Part shown: positions 13,500 to 27,949 of the stretch, in pieces
How positions within the stretch are numbered: position 1 is the stretch's first letter
How the letters are laid out: every line of letters begins with the position of its first letter
The notes under the pieces: generated by a model
Told to the model about the DNA's origin: nothing
What the model saw: the letters and a program-made list of their open reading frames with translations, nothing else
The model's database searches: none
DNA from: Octopus sinensis
Taxonomy: Eukaryota
Assembly (NCBI RefSeq): GCF_006345805.1
Contig: NC_043015.1
Span: 2,790,001-2,854,000 of the forward strand
Direction of reading: 5' to 3'
Length of the DNA: 64,000 bases
Translations under genes and position numbers: made by a program

Positions 13500-16207
13500 C
13501 TATAGATATTACAGCCAACATCGGTTTTTGCTACAACGTTTCGTATCGAGATGTCAGGTGTAATCATACAATGAGATTGAAGACAGAAACGGGTAGTGAG
13601 TGTATGTGCCATATTTCTGAGATCTTTTGCCCATTCATCATCTCCAAACACTTTGCTTATATAACCACCGCATACAGCAGTGTTAAGTTATTGGATATAC
13701 GAATTTACATATTAAACGCATGCCTGGGACTGGTACGTAAAGACTAATGTGTTGTTGGTACGTGGTATTTCGTTATGCAAACTTAATATACTATAAAGAA
13801 TAATAAATATTTACATCTGACGTCAGAAAACAATGCAGGCTATAATTTATATAGCATATCTGTAGAAATAGCCTTAACAAAATAATGTAAAACGCGCTGC
13901 TGACGCAGTAGAATGTGCTCTATACTTATTAAAACATATATCATATTCTATATTATATTATGGCTGTATAACTAAATACCACTTAACAACAAAACTTACT
14001 CATATTCCCGAAACTTCAGCATTAACACATACAACAGCAATCGAAGATTTTCAGCCTTTTAACATGACTTTGATAGAACTAGTTTCGATGGGATTAACCT
14101 TCTAATATAACACATTGATCTCTACGCAACATACTGAATTATTACAATATACATATTTTACAGGCGTACGAAGCATTTTCCCTAACAAATGTAATTTTTT
14201 CACGAAATGTATATACATTTTTTTCGAACGAATTGAGTATTTATTCACCAAGTGTATTACAATATACATAGTGGGAGGTGTTTGTAAGCCATTTAAGATA
14301 CACACAAAAGCCGTTCGATTCACTTCAACATTTAAGTTTAATTCGTCAAAATATTTTCGTCGCTTTAAGACCGCGACCTGTTCATTGACAATTTTGTTTT
14401 TGTTAGATCAAATCACTTGCTATGCAAGTACATCTCCGTAATATACATAGTTTACACAAGAAACAAGTATTTCTTCACAAATACATTTTGAAATCTGCTA
14501 TGCTAGATTTATTTGATCATTAATGCGTTTTATCTTAGCTGTAATTTAGGTAGATGATAGCTCTAATACCTCTTAATCGAAGGATTCCTTTTACTTCATT
14601 CGAATTGTTAGAAGATTTCTAAACCTATAGCGTCGGCATTTCGCTTGATCATAAATTTATATGTAGATAAAGTTATAATTATGAGAAATGAAATGACGCT
14701 CTGTGCGGTTTGGAAAATAAAAGAAAGTAGCAAAAATATTTTGAAAACAAATCACTAAACTCAAACAAGTATGCGATGCGTTTAATTTAAGACTATATAA
14801 TGTAAAAACAAATGTAAATATTTTGGAGATAAATGTCTTAAAATGAAGATAAGTATGAGATCAATGGAAGCAACTATATGAATCTACCAGGAATAAGTTG
14901 AGGAGTATTCATTATTCAGCTTATACCTTCGATACGTATTTAATTGATGTGACTACTAAGGATGCGGACGTGTGTATGTGTGTGCGAGTGTGTGTGTGTC
15001 TATGTGTTAGTTCGCACCATGTACATATAGATAAATCATTTAGGGATGTACATATAAAGATATTTATGAAAGGAAAGCTCGCCTGAGAGAAAACCTACAG
15101 CTGGATAGATTTCATAACTGGATTGTATGTCCTTGGTATTACTTCAGCGATTTTAAGTACCCCACAAAGTAATTAATAGATTGCTGGTTTGAAATTGGCT
15201 TACGATTTTAGAAAGCCAATTTAGTCATTGAATAATTACCATGTAATCAGCTGTTGCCGAAATATGCTTACAATCGGATGTTACGAATAATCAAATTGGC
15301 TCATTTTAATTAGCATTTTAGATAAGTCACACTGAACTTATATTACAAATGTAGTGCATATGCATATTGAATGTGTGTATGTTTCTATATACGGGGTAAT
15401 AGCATGATAAAGTAAGCCCTATCAGTTCATTACATGCTTAGCAATAAAAAGACTGTGTGAATTTGAGAGGGTAATAATATTTTGAGTAAAATTACAATTA
15501 ACTGACACTCTTGAATTTTATTCTAATCAAAGTTAGGAACATTTCAGCAATCACTCATATTTATGTGTCTGTGTGAGTGTATGTGTGTGAGTGTATATTT
15601 ACACATACCAGTATGTATATATCCACATACATATACACGTGTATCCGTGTATGTGTTCGTGTGTGCGCAGGCGTTTGTGTGTATACTCACGTCTATGTCT
15701 CTTTCTATATATTTGTATATACAGAACTGAATTATGTTGTTAAAACACATGGCTACATTTATATCTTATATCGTATAAAATCATGCAAATATCTGATAAA
15801 AGATTTTAAAAATCCTGCAAAATTTACTGAAGGAAGAGGAGTCTTACCACAGCAGTGAGAATCAACTTTACAGATATGCAATCAATGCAGATGCAGTATT
15901 CATTACTGCTTTTGCGAAGCCATTACAAGAAAATAGAGATTATGCGCTGAAATTTAAACGAAGTATTTATTTTCCGAAAGTGAAGAAGTGTATAAGATGA
16001 AATTTTGTGATGTTGCTCAAAAAATCATGTCATATCCATAGACATTTGCGTGGATTAAATTGAATTTTAAAGAAAATACGTCAATTTTTAACAAGAAGCT
16101 AAACCAAATAATATGATGTAATACACAATGAAGCTATGATGCTATATATGATCGTATAAAATTAGAATAAAACGAGTGAAACCTGCTCGAGGTAATACAG
16201 AATATAT

Positions 16208-16279
<72 letters not shown>

Positions 16280-16286
16280 TATATAT

Positions 16287-16323
<37 letters not shown>

Positions 16324-16398
16324 CATATCATATACATACACCTCCGGTATTCTAGTACGCATATATTCCACGCCGCTTCACAATTATTTGCTTACTCT

Positions 16399-16433
<35 letters not shown>

Positions 16434-16477
16434 TATGTTTATAAATATATATATATGTATATGTAGACATATATTAT

Positions 16478-16845
16478 TTTATTCCATTTATTTGACTACG
16501 GCCATTTTGGAGCCCTGCATTTAGTCGAACAAATCGACCCCAGGACTTATTCTTTGTAAGCATAGTACTTATTCTATCGGTCACTATTGCGGAACCGTTA
16601 ATTTACGGAGACGTAAGCAAACCAGCATTGACTGCCAAGCGATGGTGTGGGAACAAACTTGCACACACACGCACACATACACATATATGACGGGTTCCTT
16701 TCAGTCTCCCTCTACCAAATGTACTCACAATGATTCACGATTCTATAGTACAAGGCACTTGTCCATGGAGCTGCGCTGTCGTACTAAACCCTGAACCCTG
16801 TGGTTGATAATCAAGTTACCTACCACACAATCACTCCTGTGCCTA
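16478..16845 (-). mobile_element. SINE family A, reverse orientation
   Basis: Reverse complement of the 533-966 element (cgaccccaggacttattctttgtaag, ctaccacacaatcactcctg). Confidence 0.85.
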
Positions 16846-17149
16846 TATATAAGTTACAATTGAAGAACACGTGTTCTTTTCACCATGCATGTTACTAGAG
16901 AATTTTCTAATTGTTAAATGAGTATTTTATATAACTTCATAAAAAAAATTGAAAATAGTTTTCTTTAGAAGAATACCCGCATTGTACAATCTAGAACATC
17001 TAAATTTCTTCAAAATAATTAAAAATCCCCGGGAACATACATAATAATTCTGCTACTAGTTCATTCGGTGGATGAGCCTGCAAAACAATGTCCTCTCCTG
17101 AGATTAAACGATTTATAACTTATAATATGAACCAAATTATAATATTTTT

Positions 17150-19500
17150 TTGTTTCAATATATTAATCTAAAAAACGAAATTTATTTATTATACTTATTC
17201 TTCATCTCTTTTGTGTTTTATCGTAACTATGGTTTACTAAATAATCCTGCATTTATTCCCATTAGAAGACGGATGAGGACCACGTTTATCTGCTCTTACC
17301 CGTTTTATACTATGACTCTTTATAATACATACCATTATTTTACTTCTCTAATATCAATGTAATACGACTTAATTTCTGTTACCCCTAATTTTATCTGGCA
17401 ATATATTTGTGATCAAAAGATGTACATCTCCTCTTGCATATAATTCTCTCTCGGTATCGAAATGTTATAATCTATACTAAGGCACTAAGTGTTTTACACG
17501 TAACTCACTCAGTACTTTATCGTTCCGGCGGTTTTACAACATACACCCCTTTCTACAATATATTTTTTGGTATTTTTTCAAATAACGTATGTTTTATTAG
17601 TTATTGCTATAATTATTAACATTATTTTTGACTCTACATATTTACACTTCCGTAATTACAGTCTCATATTTCTATTCTTTTTTATTTTCACTTTTTATAT
17701 TTTCGTATTATTTTGCATAATTTTGTAAAATATATTTGTATTTCTTTTTATATTTTATACTATTGTAAAATTTTTCTATATTTTCATACATTTCTTTATA
17801 AGGTAGTAAGTACATTCTAATTACCTTTAATTTACTTTTATTATTAATAAATAATATTTCTTATTGTTATACTATTATATTTTGCTATTGATATTATAGT
17901 TTTACCTTTAACTCACCCACTACGTTATCTATCCAGTGGTTGTATGTTTTCCATTATACATCTCTTTCTATGATATATATTTTTTATATATTTTCTTATA
18001 AACTCTGTTTCATTATTGATTGCTATAGCTTTCTCTATTTCCATTCATTGATTTCCAAAGTCATGTTTTAGGGCCCATCTACTTCTCTCAAGTCTAAAAC
18101 CCTATCTTCTTTAACCTTTCATCCTTCTAAATTATCTCTTAGTATAGCGGTTATTACTAAACTGTTGGGATTGGCTTTCTCTTATTCATTTATGTTCTCC
18201 GTTTCCGCTCTTCTCCTTTCGCTTCCCTTTTCTTCCCTCTTCCCTGCCCGGTAATAGTGATAAAGTCTGGTATTTTGGTGCCATCACAAATAAACTTAAT
18301 GATTAAGTGAGTTGGTATGATCACAAATCATTGATTGTTACTCCTTGTCAATGGACAATAAACTTCTTCTTGGAGTGTATGTATATAACAAAGAGAACAA
18401 ATTGCCAATCTTTACCACTTCTTATCAACGTCTTAAAACCACATAGTAAATAATTAGAATTTATGAGATACCTATCTCCTGGAGAAATACAGGTATCAGA
18501 ATGTAATATTAAGAAAGTTCAAGACATATCATTTATAAAAATTTTCAAAGAAATATTTTCTTTGCAAAATTGCTTAAACATTCGGTATATAAATAACTGA
18601 ATTAAATTTTGATGCATGATTTCTATATTAAAGTTTAAGGATTATCTTACTCTTATTCATAACACCTCAGTTAGACTAATTAACATTCCGGTATTTCAGC
18701 AATGGGGAATTTGTAAGTAGGTATTTATCCTTGCATAAACGTAAATATAGCCCCTACTCTATCGAATGTTTTAAATTATATATTACAACTGATAATTGCA
18801 AACCCTTTTCAATGGAATATTGTTAATTGTTAGTTCCCCGCAATCATTTCGATGAATCGATAGTTTAAATACAATTAAATGAAATATATTAAAAAGCAGC
18901 AGGTGACAACTGTCCCAAAAATTTGGGATTCATATATTTTGAAATTGTATAGAAACTCCATATGTCTCATAGATAACTTATTTAATTGGAAATATTCTTG
19001 GCTGGGAGGTCATACATATTTTGTCTCACGTATATAGTGAAATGCTCCATGAGGATTCCCTATTAACAGTTACAAATTATTATGCTTCTGTTTATAAGGC
19101 ACTGTCTGAAGTCATTTATATATTGCTTAATAATTGCATCTTATTCATTACTTGTGCATTGGATTCTAGTCTAGTCAATTTTCTTGACAGCAATTAAGAA
19201 ATGTTAATACCCATCCTCCAGAAAAACTTGAAGTTTACAATATATGGCTAAATTAATAGTTGAAACTTTACTAATGAACATATCTGCTAGAATTTTTTAA
19301 CTTTCTGACAATGGCATCTTTACATAATACGCCCTTCAGGAAGAACACCTTACAAAGATGTGCAAATAATAATTAAATAAGATATTACATTGCATTTAGT
19401 TATAATTGTTGCTATAAATATTGCCAATAAGAGGTGTTTACTGAGAGATATTAGCAAGAGTTATAAAAAGGGTACCCGTAAGTCGGGAGTATCACATTAA
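17150..19500. mobile_element. Possible very old LINE relic(s)
   Basis: A microsatellite-free 2.3-kb stretch with strong strand asymmetry over 17150-18270 and only faint L1/Tx1-like motif echoes. It could not be aligned convincingly. Confidence 0.25.
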
Positions 19501-19963
19501 TGGAGCTTCTACTAATTAGACAACAGACAAATATATATGATAGACAGAAGGAAAAAATGCTATTGTAATACACAAAATATCAGCACTGGACTTACGCAGA
19601 CAATATTAGTAGTGGACAAAATTGAACTATGGATCTATTTACTTTACAGTCTGGCATGGAACTTTGAATTTAACATGATGGTACATACACACACACATAT
19701 ATATATACGCACACACATATCTTAAGAAAGAATGGGTGGAGGAGAATTTCAATTATGCCCACGTGACGAGTTGTAATGTAAATATATATATAGATATATA
19801 TATATAACTATAATAATAGAAAAAGGCACAGTTATCATAGTTTTAGATTATTTTATATGAAAATGTATTGAGGTTGTCGACCGGTTTCACTGCAATATGA
19901 AGTGAATGGTGTATAGGTAGATAAATAGATAGTTAGATATGTATATACATATACATATACAAA

Positions 19964-20061
<98 letters not shown>

Positions 20062-20763
20062 CATACATACAAGCACATAGATATATAAGCATGCATACAT
20101 ATATACATAGGTAGCTTTATGTATATATGCATTTATGTATATATGTATGTGTGTATATATATATATATATGTGTGTGTGTATGTGTGTGTGTATCTGTGT
20201 ATGTGTGTGTGTGCGAATCAATTAAATATGATTCCATCATTATATACATAAATATAATTATAATCAGTGGTCAGCTAACATACCGAAATTAAAAAGAGAA
20301 GCTAAAACCATTTCAACTATCATAAGTATCTCCGAGACAATAACACATTTATGTAGGCAAACACAAAAAAGTTATGCATTCACATGACTTCGTTTAATTA
20401 CAGACGCGTATCGAGATGAAAGTATATTATATTTACCTATTTCTCTCCTCAGTGTAATTAATTGAAATCATGTGGTTTCATCATTTTTCTTTTTGATTAC
20501 ATAAATATGTTATTGTCTAGGAGATATTTATGGTAGTTGAAATGGTTTTAGCTACTAGTTCTAATTTCGGTACGTAGCGAAGCAGCTATCTGACTCCTGA
20601 TTATGCTTATATTTATGCATATAATTATAGAATATTTTGTATATAATTCACCTTTAAAAGATAATTTAACGTACTGACTACTTGGTAAAATTATTCATTA
20701 ATTGATCTTATCTTATATTATATATATGTGCATATATATATATGCGTATACATACATACATAT

Positions 20764-20836
<73 letters not shown>

Positions 20837-21407
20837 CCATATGTTGCATATATTGTGAAACGGAAGATGTGGGTTAGTGTGTGTGTATGTCTATGTATGT
20901 GTGGGGAGAGAGAGTGAGAGAGAGAGGGAGATATAGTGAGAGGGGGAAACCTTTTACTTGATCCCCCTTAAAATCAATATTTTTCATTCGATTTCGTTCT
21001 CGCTGGGAACATACATCTCTTATGTTCCAAAGATGGTCATAGACTCTTTGAATTGTTCACATAATAAATAATATCACCCCTAAGGGACGAAAACATATTC
21101 TCATAGGTACATAACAAATACCAACAATCATTACTTCAAGGGACATTAGTCTTGATGACGTATTTTCACTACGTTTTTTACTATAATATTTAAATTGGCC
21201 ATTCACTGCAAACCACCGATATTTTCCCTTTAACACTTCCTTGACGTAGCCATGCAATTTAAATCATTTTTTAATTATTTTTAAATGCATTCAGAAATTA
21301 ATCTATATCGTATATACCTTCTGCTTTTACTCATACAAGGGTGTGACTGTTATACAGTTTTTACAATGACCATTCACTGCAAACTGCCGATATTTGAACG
21401 TTAGCAC

Positions 21408-22007
21408 ATGACTGTGCTTGCACGTACAAATGCAACCGTCACCAGTCTTCACTGCAACTTATTCAGTAAGCTACCTTCCCAAGAACGATATTACAGATCA
21501 GTTTCCGTTTCCGACCTCAATCAGGTTTCACACTCCCAAATACAATTTTTCAACTCGCAACCTCCTTCAGGACTCCATCCCCATGAATTTCAGTTAAAAG
21601 CTGTTTGCCTCGTCAGTCTCCTACGCAATCCAAACGCACCCACACTATACAATGGAACTCCACATGTGGTCAAACAAATGATGGGCCGCGTAATTGAAGC
21701 CCAGATTATTATGTGGCACGGCAAAAACGATACCGCAGTTATTCCGACCTTTCGGCTAACCCCAAAAGACTACTCGTACACCATGCAGAGACTTCAGTTT
21801 TCTCTTGATTTCAGTTTCGCCATACCAATTAACAAAGCACATGCTCAGTTACTGAAAGTTGTTGGATTGGGCCGCAAAAGTTGTCCTTTTCACAAGGAGA
21901 GTTGTGCGTCAGTTTTTCTAGATTTGGCCATCCAGAAAACCTATTCGTCTACGCTGCTAAAAGAAAAAAAAAACAAAAATATCGTCTGCAAAACATCCCT
22001 ACAATAG
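21408..22007 (+). mobile_element. Helitron RepHel C-terminal PIF1-type helicase fragment (pseudogene)
   Basis: LARTN...KLPSQERYYRS...PSGLHPHEFQLK..VSLLRNPNAPTLYNGT..VIEAQI...QRLQF...FAIPINKAHAQLLKVVGL, followed after a frameshift by FSQGELCVSFSRFGHPENLF. This matches the Helitron helicase C-terminus. Confidence 0.88.
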
Positions 22008-22641
22008 GTATTCCTCTACCGTAATATTGACATCTACGCCAAACAGTGGCCGTTAGGTATCAAGTTTCCTGCAAGAATACCATCTATGCATTGAATTATT
22101 TCCGTGATTGGTGTTAACAGTCCATTTCCTTCAACGACTCTTCTTTTCTCACAACACAGTTCGATATGAAGTTTCCTCGGATATTTATTTTTGTACATAC
22201 CATTATTCTAATTGTGTGTTCGTTATGTTTGTTTTTGTGTATCATACATTGAAAAATGCGTCAATGCGGTTCTGTCAAACATTCCGAGTAAAATAACTAC
22301 ATGCTATAAAACGATCTCATTCCATGAACTTTCATCTATTACTAACAGTCAAATTTGTGCTCAAAATTTTATTCATTATCTCGGTTGCTTAATACCATGT
22401 AATACACTTCAACGAAATTGGTAATTATACAGTTTATGTTTACCAACTTCAAACGACATCGAAATGCGAGCTGATTAAAATTAAACCGTGCAAATGTGTG
22501 AGCCATTATGATAAATGAAACCGACGCCAAAAGGACGGGTGAGTTTGCATGTATATTATATATATATATATATATATGTTTATTTGTTTCTTTATGCGTA
22601 TATATATATATATATATATATGTTTATTTGTTTCTTTATGC

Positions 22642-22694
<53 letters not shown>

Positions 22695-23443
22695 CGCATA
22701 AAGAAACAATTAGACATACAAACGTACTTGTAATTCTGGGATGTATTTACGTACGTACGAATCTATGCACGTGTGCATGCGTCCGAGTATTTGTGCAAGA
22801 CTGCATGTATATTTAGAAAATGTCTGTTCGACTTTATTTGTAATGTTAACTCGACAGAAAGACGAAACTCTGTTTCCCTATTGATTTTCTCAACTGAAGC
22901 AAATATACAAAGAACATAGTTCGAGATATAAAAATTCCTTATTTATAGCCAAAATTCACTTATATTTGGCGGCTATAGCAGCACGAAGTTCTTAAATTAC
23001 TGAAAACATATGACATCTATAGATTCGTATATGTTCTGTTAGTAACTTAAATCATTTTTAGTGCAACGCGATCGGAAGCCGTCTGTATAGGGAAGAATGT
23101 TTGTATATTTCTATGTAGAAAACGAAGAGAAATATAAGTAACATTATTGTAGAAATAACACCTGAAATATAACGAAAATACATAAATATTTTCCACAATT
23201 TCTTTGTTTGATACTTGCCCCTTTGCATCTGGTCATAAACTACAAGCATTTACGTACATGCACAAAATTATTAATGATGTCTGGATAGTGTTAGTAAGTT
23301 GAGTTGATGGATAGATATACAAACAAAACCATGAAACATACATAGTATATGCCAGTGTAATTTTGTGTGCTATGGTTCTTTCTCCAAGTATCTGTTTCTG
23401 AATATATTCAAATAAATATGTGCAAGTATATAGTATACATGCA

Positions 23444-23484
<41 letters not shown>

Positions 23485-23615
23485 TGCATATATGTATATA
23501 TATATATATATACATATAATATAATATAATATGTATATATATGTATATATATATGTATGTATATATATGTATATATATATAATATATATATATATATGTA
23601 TAATATGTATAAATA

Positions 23616-23647
<32 letters not shown>

Positions 23648-23934
23648 ATATATATATATATATATCATCAATATAAAATCATTCATATATGTGTGTATGG
23701 GTGGGTATTATATAAAAAGTGAGAGATGAGATGACAGTGAATGATCTGGGAAATGATAGAAATTGTATGAAGGAGAATTTGCTTTGCATAGGAGAGGTGG
23801 GAAATTTATGGCTTCTCGGCGTTGCTTAAATATTTCTTGTTACTTTTTCTATTTGTGGTATTTGGACAATTAGTATGTAGATATATCACATGTGAATTAC
23901 AGAGGAAGTGATTTACACAGAGAAGGTGTCATAA

Positions 23935-24031
23935 TCAACATGACGACGATCATCATGAACGTCGTTATAGTGATGATAATAACAACAACATCAATAACAA
24001 TAATAAAAATAATGACAATAATAATTGGTAA

Positions 24032-24119
<88 letters not shown>

Positions 24120-24179
24120 GTAATAGTAATGATAATATAATAATAAGATAATTAATGATATGATGATGATGGATGATGT

Positions 24180-24220
<41 letters not shown>

Positions 24221-24409
24221 GTGGTGATGATGATGATGATGGTGGTGATGATGCTGATGTTGGTGGTCATGCTGATGGTGATGGAGATGGGGATGGTGAT
24301 GATGATAATGTTGATGCCGATGATGATGATCATGATGTTGGTGGTAGTGATGGTGGCGGTGTTGGTGGTGGTGGTGCTGCTGATGATGATGATGGTAATA
24401 ATAATAATA

Positions 24410-24504
<95 letters not shown>

Positions 24505-24519
24505 TATAATAATAATAAT
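23935..24519. repeat. (AAT)n/(GAT)n/(GGT)n compound microsatellite
   Basis: Seen directly in the sequence. Confidence 0.95.
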
Positions 24520-25060
24520 ATGCAGTACCAGGCATTGAATTTCATGGATTTTCATCTTAACTGATCGGAAGTGTTAACATGCACGTGGTTTTGCCTTGGT
24601 ATAAACAAAGGGCTACAGCAAAATTTATGTTCGATACCACAGATTTGCTTGCCAATTGTTTAATCAAAACCAGTTGAGCATATCCCTCAGTGGCTATTGA
24701 TATGTGCATACCTGATCATGAGCTTCATAGCCATGTGCTGAGAGGGATCCTTTGGGGTTTGATAATTCACCTCTGGAAACACAGGTGTTTTGTTTAACAT
24801 CCTTTAACAGCCGATATTCAAGGAACTTTTGAGTAGAATGGTTTACTCAGCCTTAAAAAAGTTCTAACTAGGCACCACCAGTGTGGTCATGCTCATTTAA
24901 TCTTGATAGGAGATCACCATGTCACGCCCATATGGTTGGGTGCATGTGCCTGGTGTACCCTTATCAGACGGGTAGTCATGATGAGTATACTCGGCATCGT
25001 ATATTTTACCCGTGTCATGTTGGTGGCCTCTCTTGAATCCCAGGAACTACAAATTATGAG
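24520..25060 (+). mobile_element. Solo 3'-UTR fragment of the R4/Dong-like LINE
   Basis: Collinear similarity to 58260-58730, which directly follows the REL-endonuclease ORF end (ccagttgagcat, taattcacctctggaaaca, tggtgtaccc.tatcagacg, atattttaccc). Confidence 0.7.
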
Positions 25061-25094
25061 ATTGCTGCGGTTGTTACTGTTTCGATTACGCCGT

Positions 25095-25157
25095 TGATAC
25101 TGCTGCTGCTGCTCTCCGCCTCCTCCTTCCCCTCCACCTTTTTACTACTACTACATT

Positions 25158-25197
<40 letters not shown>

Positions 25198-25310
25198 GAT
25201 ATTACTAATATTACTACTACTACTTGAAATAATGTTACAAATGCTGCTACTACTTTTATTCGAATGGAATGGAGAGTAATAAAGATGAACTTTGTATAAA
25301 TTGTGATAAA

Positions 25311-25403
<93 letters not shown>

Positions 25404-25450
25404 AAGACGAACAACAACAACAACAACAACGACAAAATTAACGACAATAA
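25095..25450. repeat. (CTA)n/(AAT)n/(AAG)n/(AAC)n compound microsatellite
   Basis: Seen directly in the sequence. Confidence 0.95.
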
Positions 25451-25978
25451 TGATAGTGTAATTAATAATGCTGACATTTTCTGGAATATAACAAACAGCA
25501 GCTGCCATGAGATAGCGAGGACTTTACCGTCTCGATCATAAACCTTATTTAAAACCCTATGTGACCCCCACTCTTACACATCATATGATGCCAGTTCAAA
25601 GGAATATTTATTGAGATTAAGCCGTTATTTTCGAGATATTTTTTTGTGTTTTCTTATATTTACATTTTTTTTCCAGAAACCATTTCTAAGTTCTTTGAAA
25701 GAGTAATAAATTTCATGGTTTTATATCTTGATTCTTTGTATGCTACGTATACAGGTTTTGTGGTTTAATACATAGAAACAAGTTGCAGGGGTTAGAAGAA
25801 TACCTTTATTCTAATACATTGTTTTAATCATTCATATTTTTCTAATACATAGATTTTTGTGAGTGAGATATGTAACATTTTTCTTTTCCGCTGCGATATT
25901 TGTAGCTTAAATAAGAAGAGAACATTATGTTATGTAATATGAAGTTGAAATGCCTATGTATATATAATTATATATGTG

Positions 25979-26016
<38 letters not shown>

Positions 26017-26155
26017 TGTGTGTGTGTGTGTAAATATAATTTTGGGAAAGAATATACATAGTTGTAGATAAAGATGCGTATATATGTACATATATGTATA
26101 CAAGAATCTATATATATGTATACGTATACATGAATATACATATATATATATATAT

Positions 26156-26200
<45 letters not shown>

Positions 26201-26837
26201 TAGATATATACTATGCAATAAGGAAATATGTGGTTTATATATGCATATACATAAATATATTTTATTGTTTGTGTCGTATTTTTATACGAAAATATATAAC
26301 GTGAGCGCTTCTTCGTGTGTGTGTATGTGTGCGTATTTGTGCGTGTGTATGTGCCTATGAGTTTGTGTGTGTTTGTGTCTGATTGAACGTGTGTGTGACT
26401 GTATGTTTATAATGATGATGTGGATTTATATATATATATATATATATATATGCATACATGCACGCATTTGGTCATCTCTCTCGCTCTCTTGCTAAGCAAA
26501 TACGCACATGCGCAATGCATACACAAAAATATATATTATGTAATTACAACGCAATAATGGAGGACGTATATAAAGTGTATCAACCATATCGCATTTGCGT
26601 ACGTGAATGTAAAGAAAACGAAGTTTATACATCGTATGATCGCAATAAATAAACGTAACAAACAACAACCTCAAAAATTAATGTGCAATAATTTTGGGAA
26701 ATGATTTTCACTATCGTATGTCTCTATGCAGTTCAAAGAAAAGTTATGGAAGGCTCCATCTATTTTTTGAGATACTCTTGTCTATATTTAACAGAAATGT
26801 TGTCTATATCACTATTTCCATAATCACAGAATATATT

Positions 26838-26886
<49 letters not shown>

Positions 26887-27298
26887 CACACACACATACT
26901 CGTGCGTAGACTCACATAGAGATATAACCCTGCTCAATATCAAAAGGTTATAAATCTAGCAAGTTAATTATACACACATCCATACACCCGCGTAGATACA
27001 TACAAGCACACACGCACGTGCACACACAAATGGACATTCACCCGCACATACATATAGATTTATTTATGCATATATATATATATATACATATATGTATAAG
27101 CACATAGATACACATACTTATTTGTATATATATACGTGTGTGGTGTGTTTATATATATATATATATATATATATAAATGTATGTATATATATAAATGTAA
27201 TATATATATATATATATACATATACACATATACCCATAAATTTGTATGTGTATGTGCTTGTACATAAATATATGTGCACGTACACGTAATATAAATTA

Positions 27299-27344
<46 letters not shown>

Positions 27345-27850
27345 TATAATATATTATATACATATACCTATCCATGTTTCTGCCAAGCATACGTGGAGTA
27401 TCCACCAGGCTACTGTAATATATAGAGACATGATGATTCCCAGCCTATGCAAAAGATGATTCACATAAATGTAGTTGTCGGAGAAATGTAATCCAGAATA
27501 AAAAGAAGAAAGATAGAAGGTTTAGGAATATATATATATCGTGGTCTCTAATCTTTAAATTAATATGTAGGACTAGATGGAATAAGTAACAATCCACATT
27601 ATGTCTCATATATACAAAGATTAAATAATATATAAAGGTAAATAAATATATAACAAGATAAAACACAGCTGCTGTGTCATCTCGTCTGTCACTGCAGCAA
27701 TTGAGTCTATGTCTGTCGCCTCTGCATATGTAATCAACAATTGCTATATATATAAATATATGGACGTCTTCGAATTCAGTTATGCAGCAAGATTAATGAC
27801 AATAATGATCACACCGATGCAGTACTTATAGGAAAATGGAAAAAGAAAAC

Positions 27851-27949
27851 CTGAAAGATTCTCAGCGTAGCGTATATCGCAGGTTCTGATCTGTAGTGAC
27901 GTCTAGCCTTTAGCTTCAGCAGCTGACAAGCCTCGATGTGTAAGGTAAA
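27851..27949 (-). CDS. Candidate 99-nt exon, host gene unknown
   Basis: Strong acceptor tttacctcccttctaacag; phase-0 frame fully open (FTLHIEACQLLKLKARRHYRSEPAIYATLRIFQ); weak donor CAG|gttttc. Confidence 0.2.

Noticed and set aside
13436-13680. Protein-like ORFs on both strands just after the SINE (FGDDEWAKDLRNM... / ANIGFCYNVSY...)
   Set aside because: No recognisable family, weak or ambiguous splice sites on the minus strand, and part of the ORF runs through the SINE tail.
14115-14441. 108-aa ORF (also 38372-38602 and 63058-63306)
   Set aside because: No recognisable domain or consistent splice pair; compatible with chance or with running into low-complexity DNA.
15790-15990. Plus-strand 65-codon Met-less ORF (KILQNLLKEEESYHSSENQLYRYAINADAVF...)
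   Set aside because: No good acceptor/donor pair and no recognisable homology.
16863-16878. Perfect 16-bp palindrome AAGAACACGTGTTCTT resembling a steroid response element or E-box
   Set aside because: The half-site spacing is 2 rather than 3, it is a single occurrence with no supporting context, and chance cannot be excluded.
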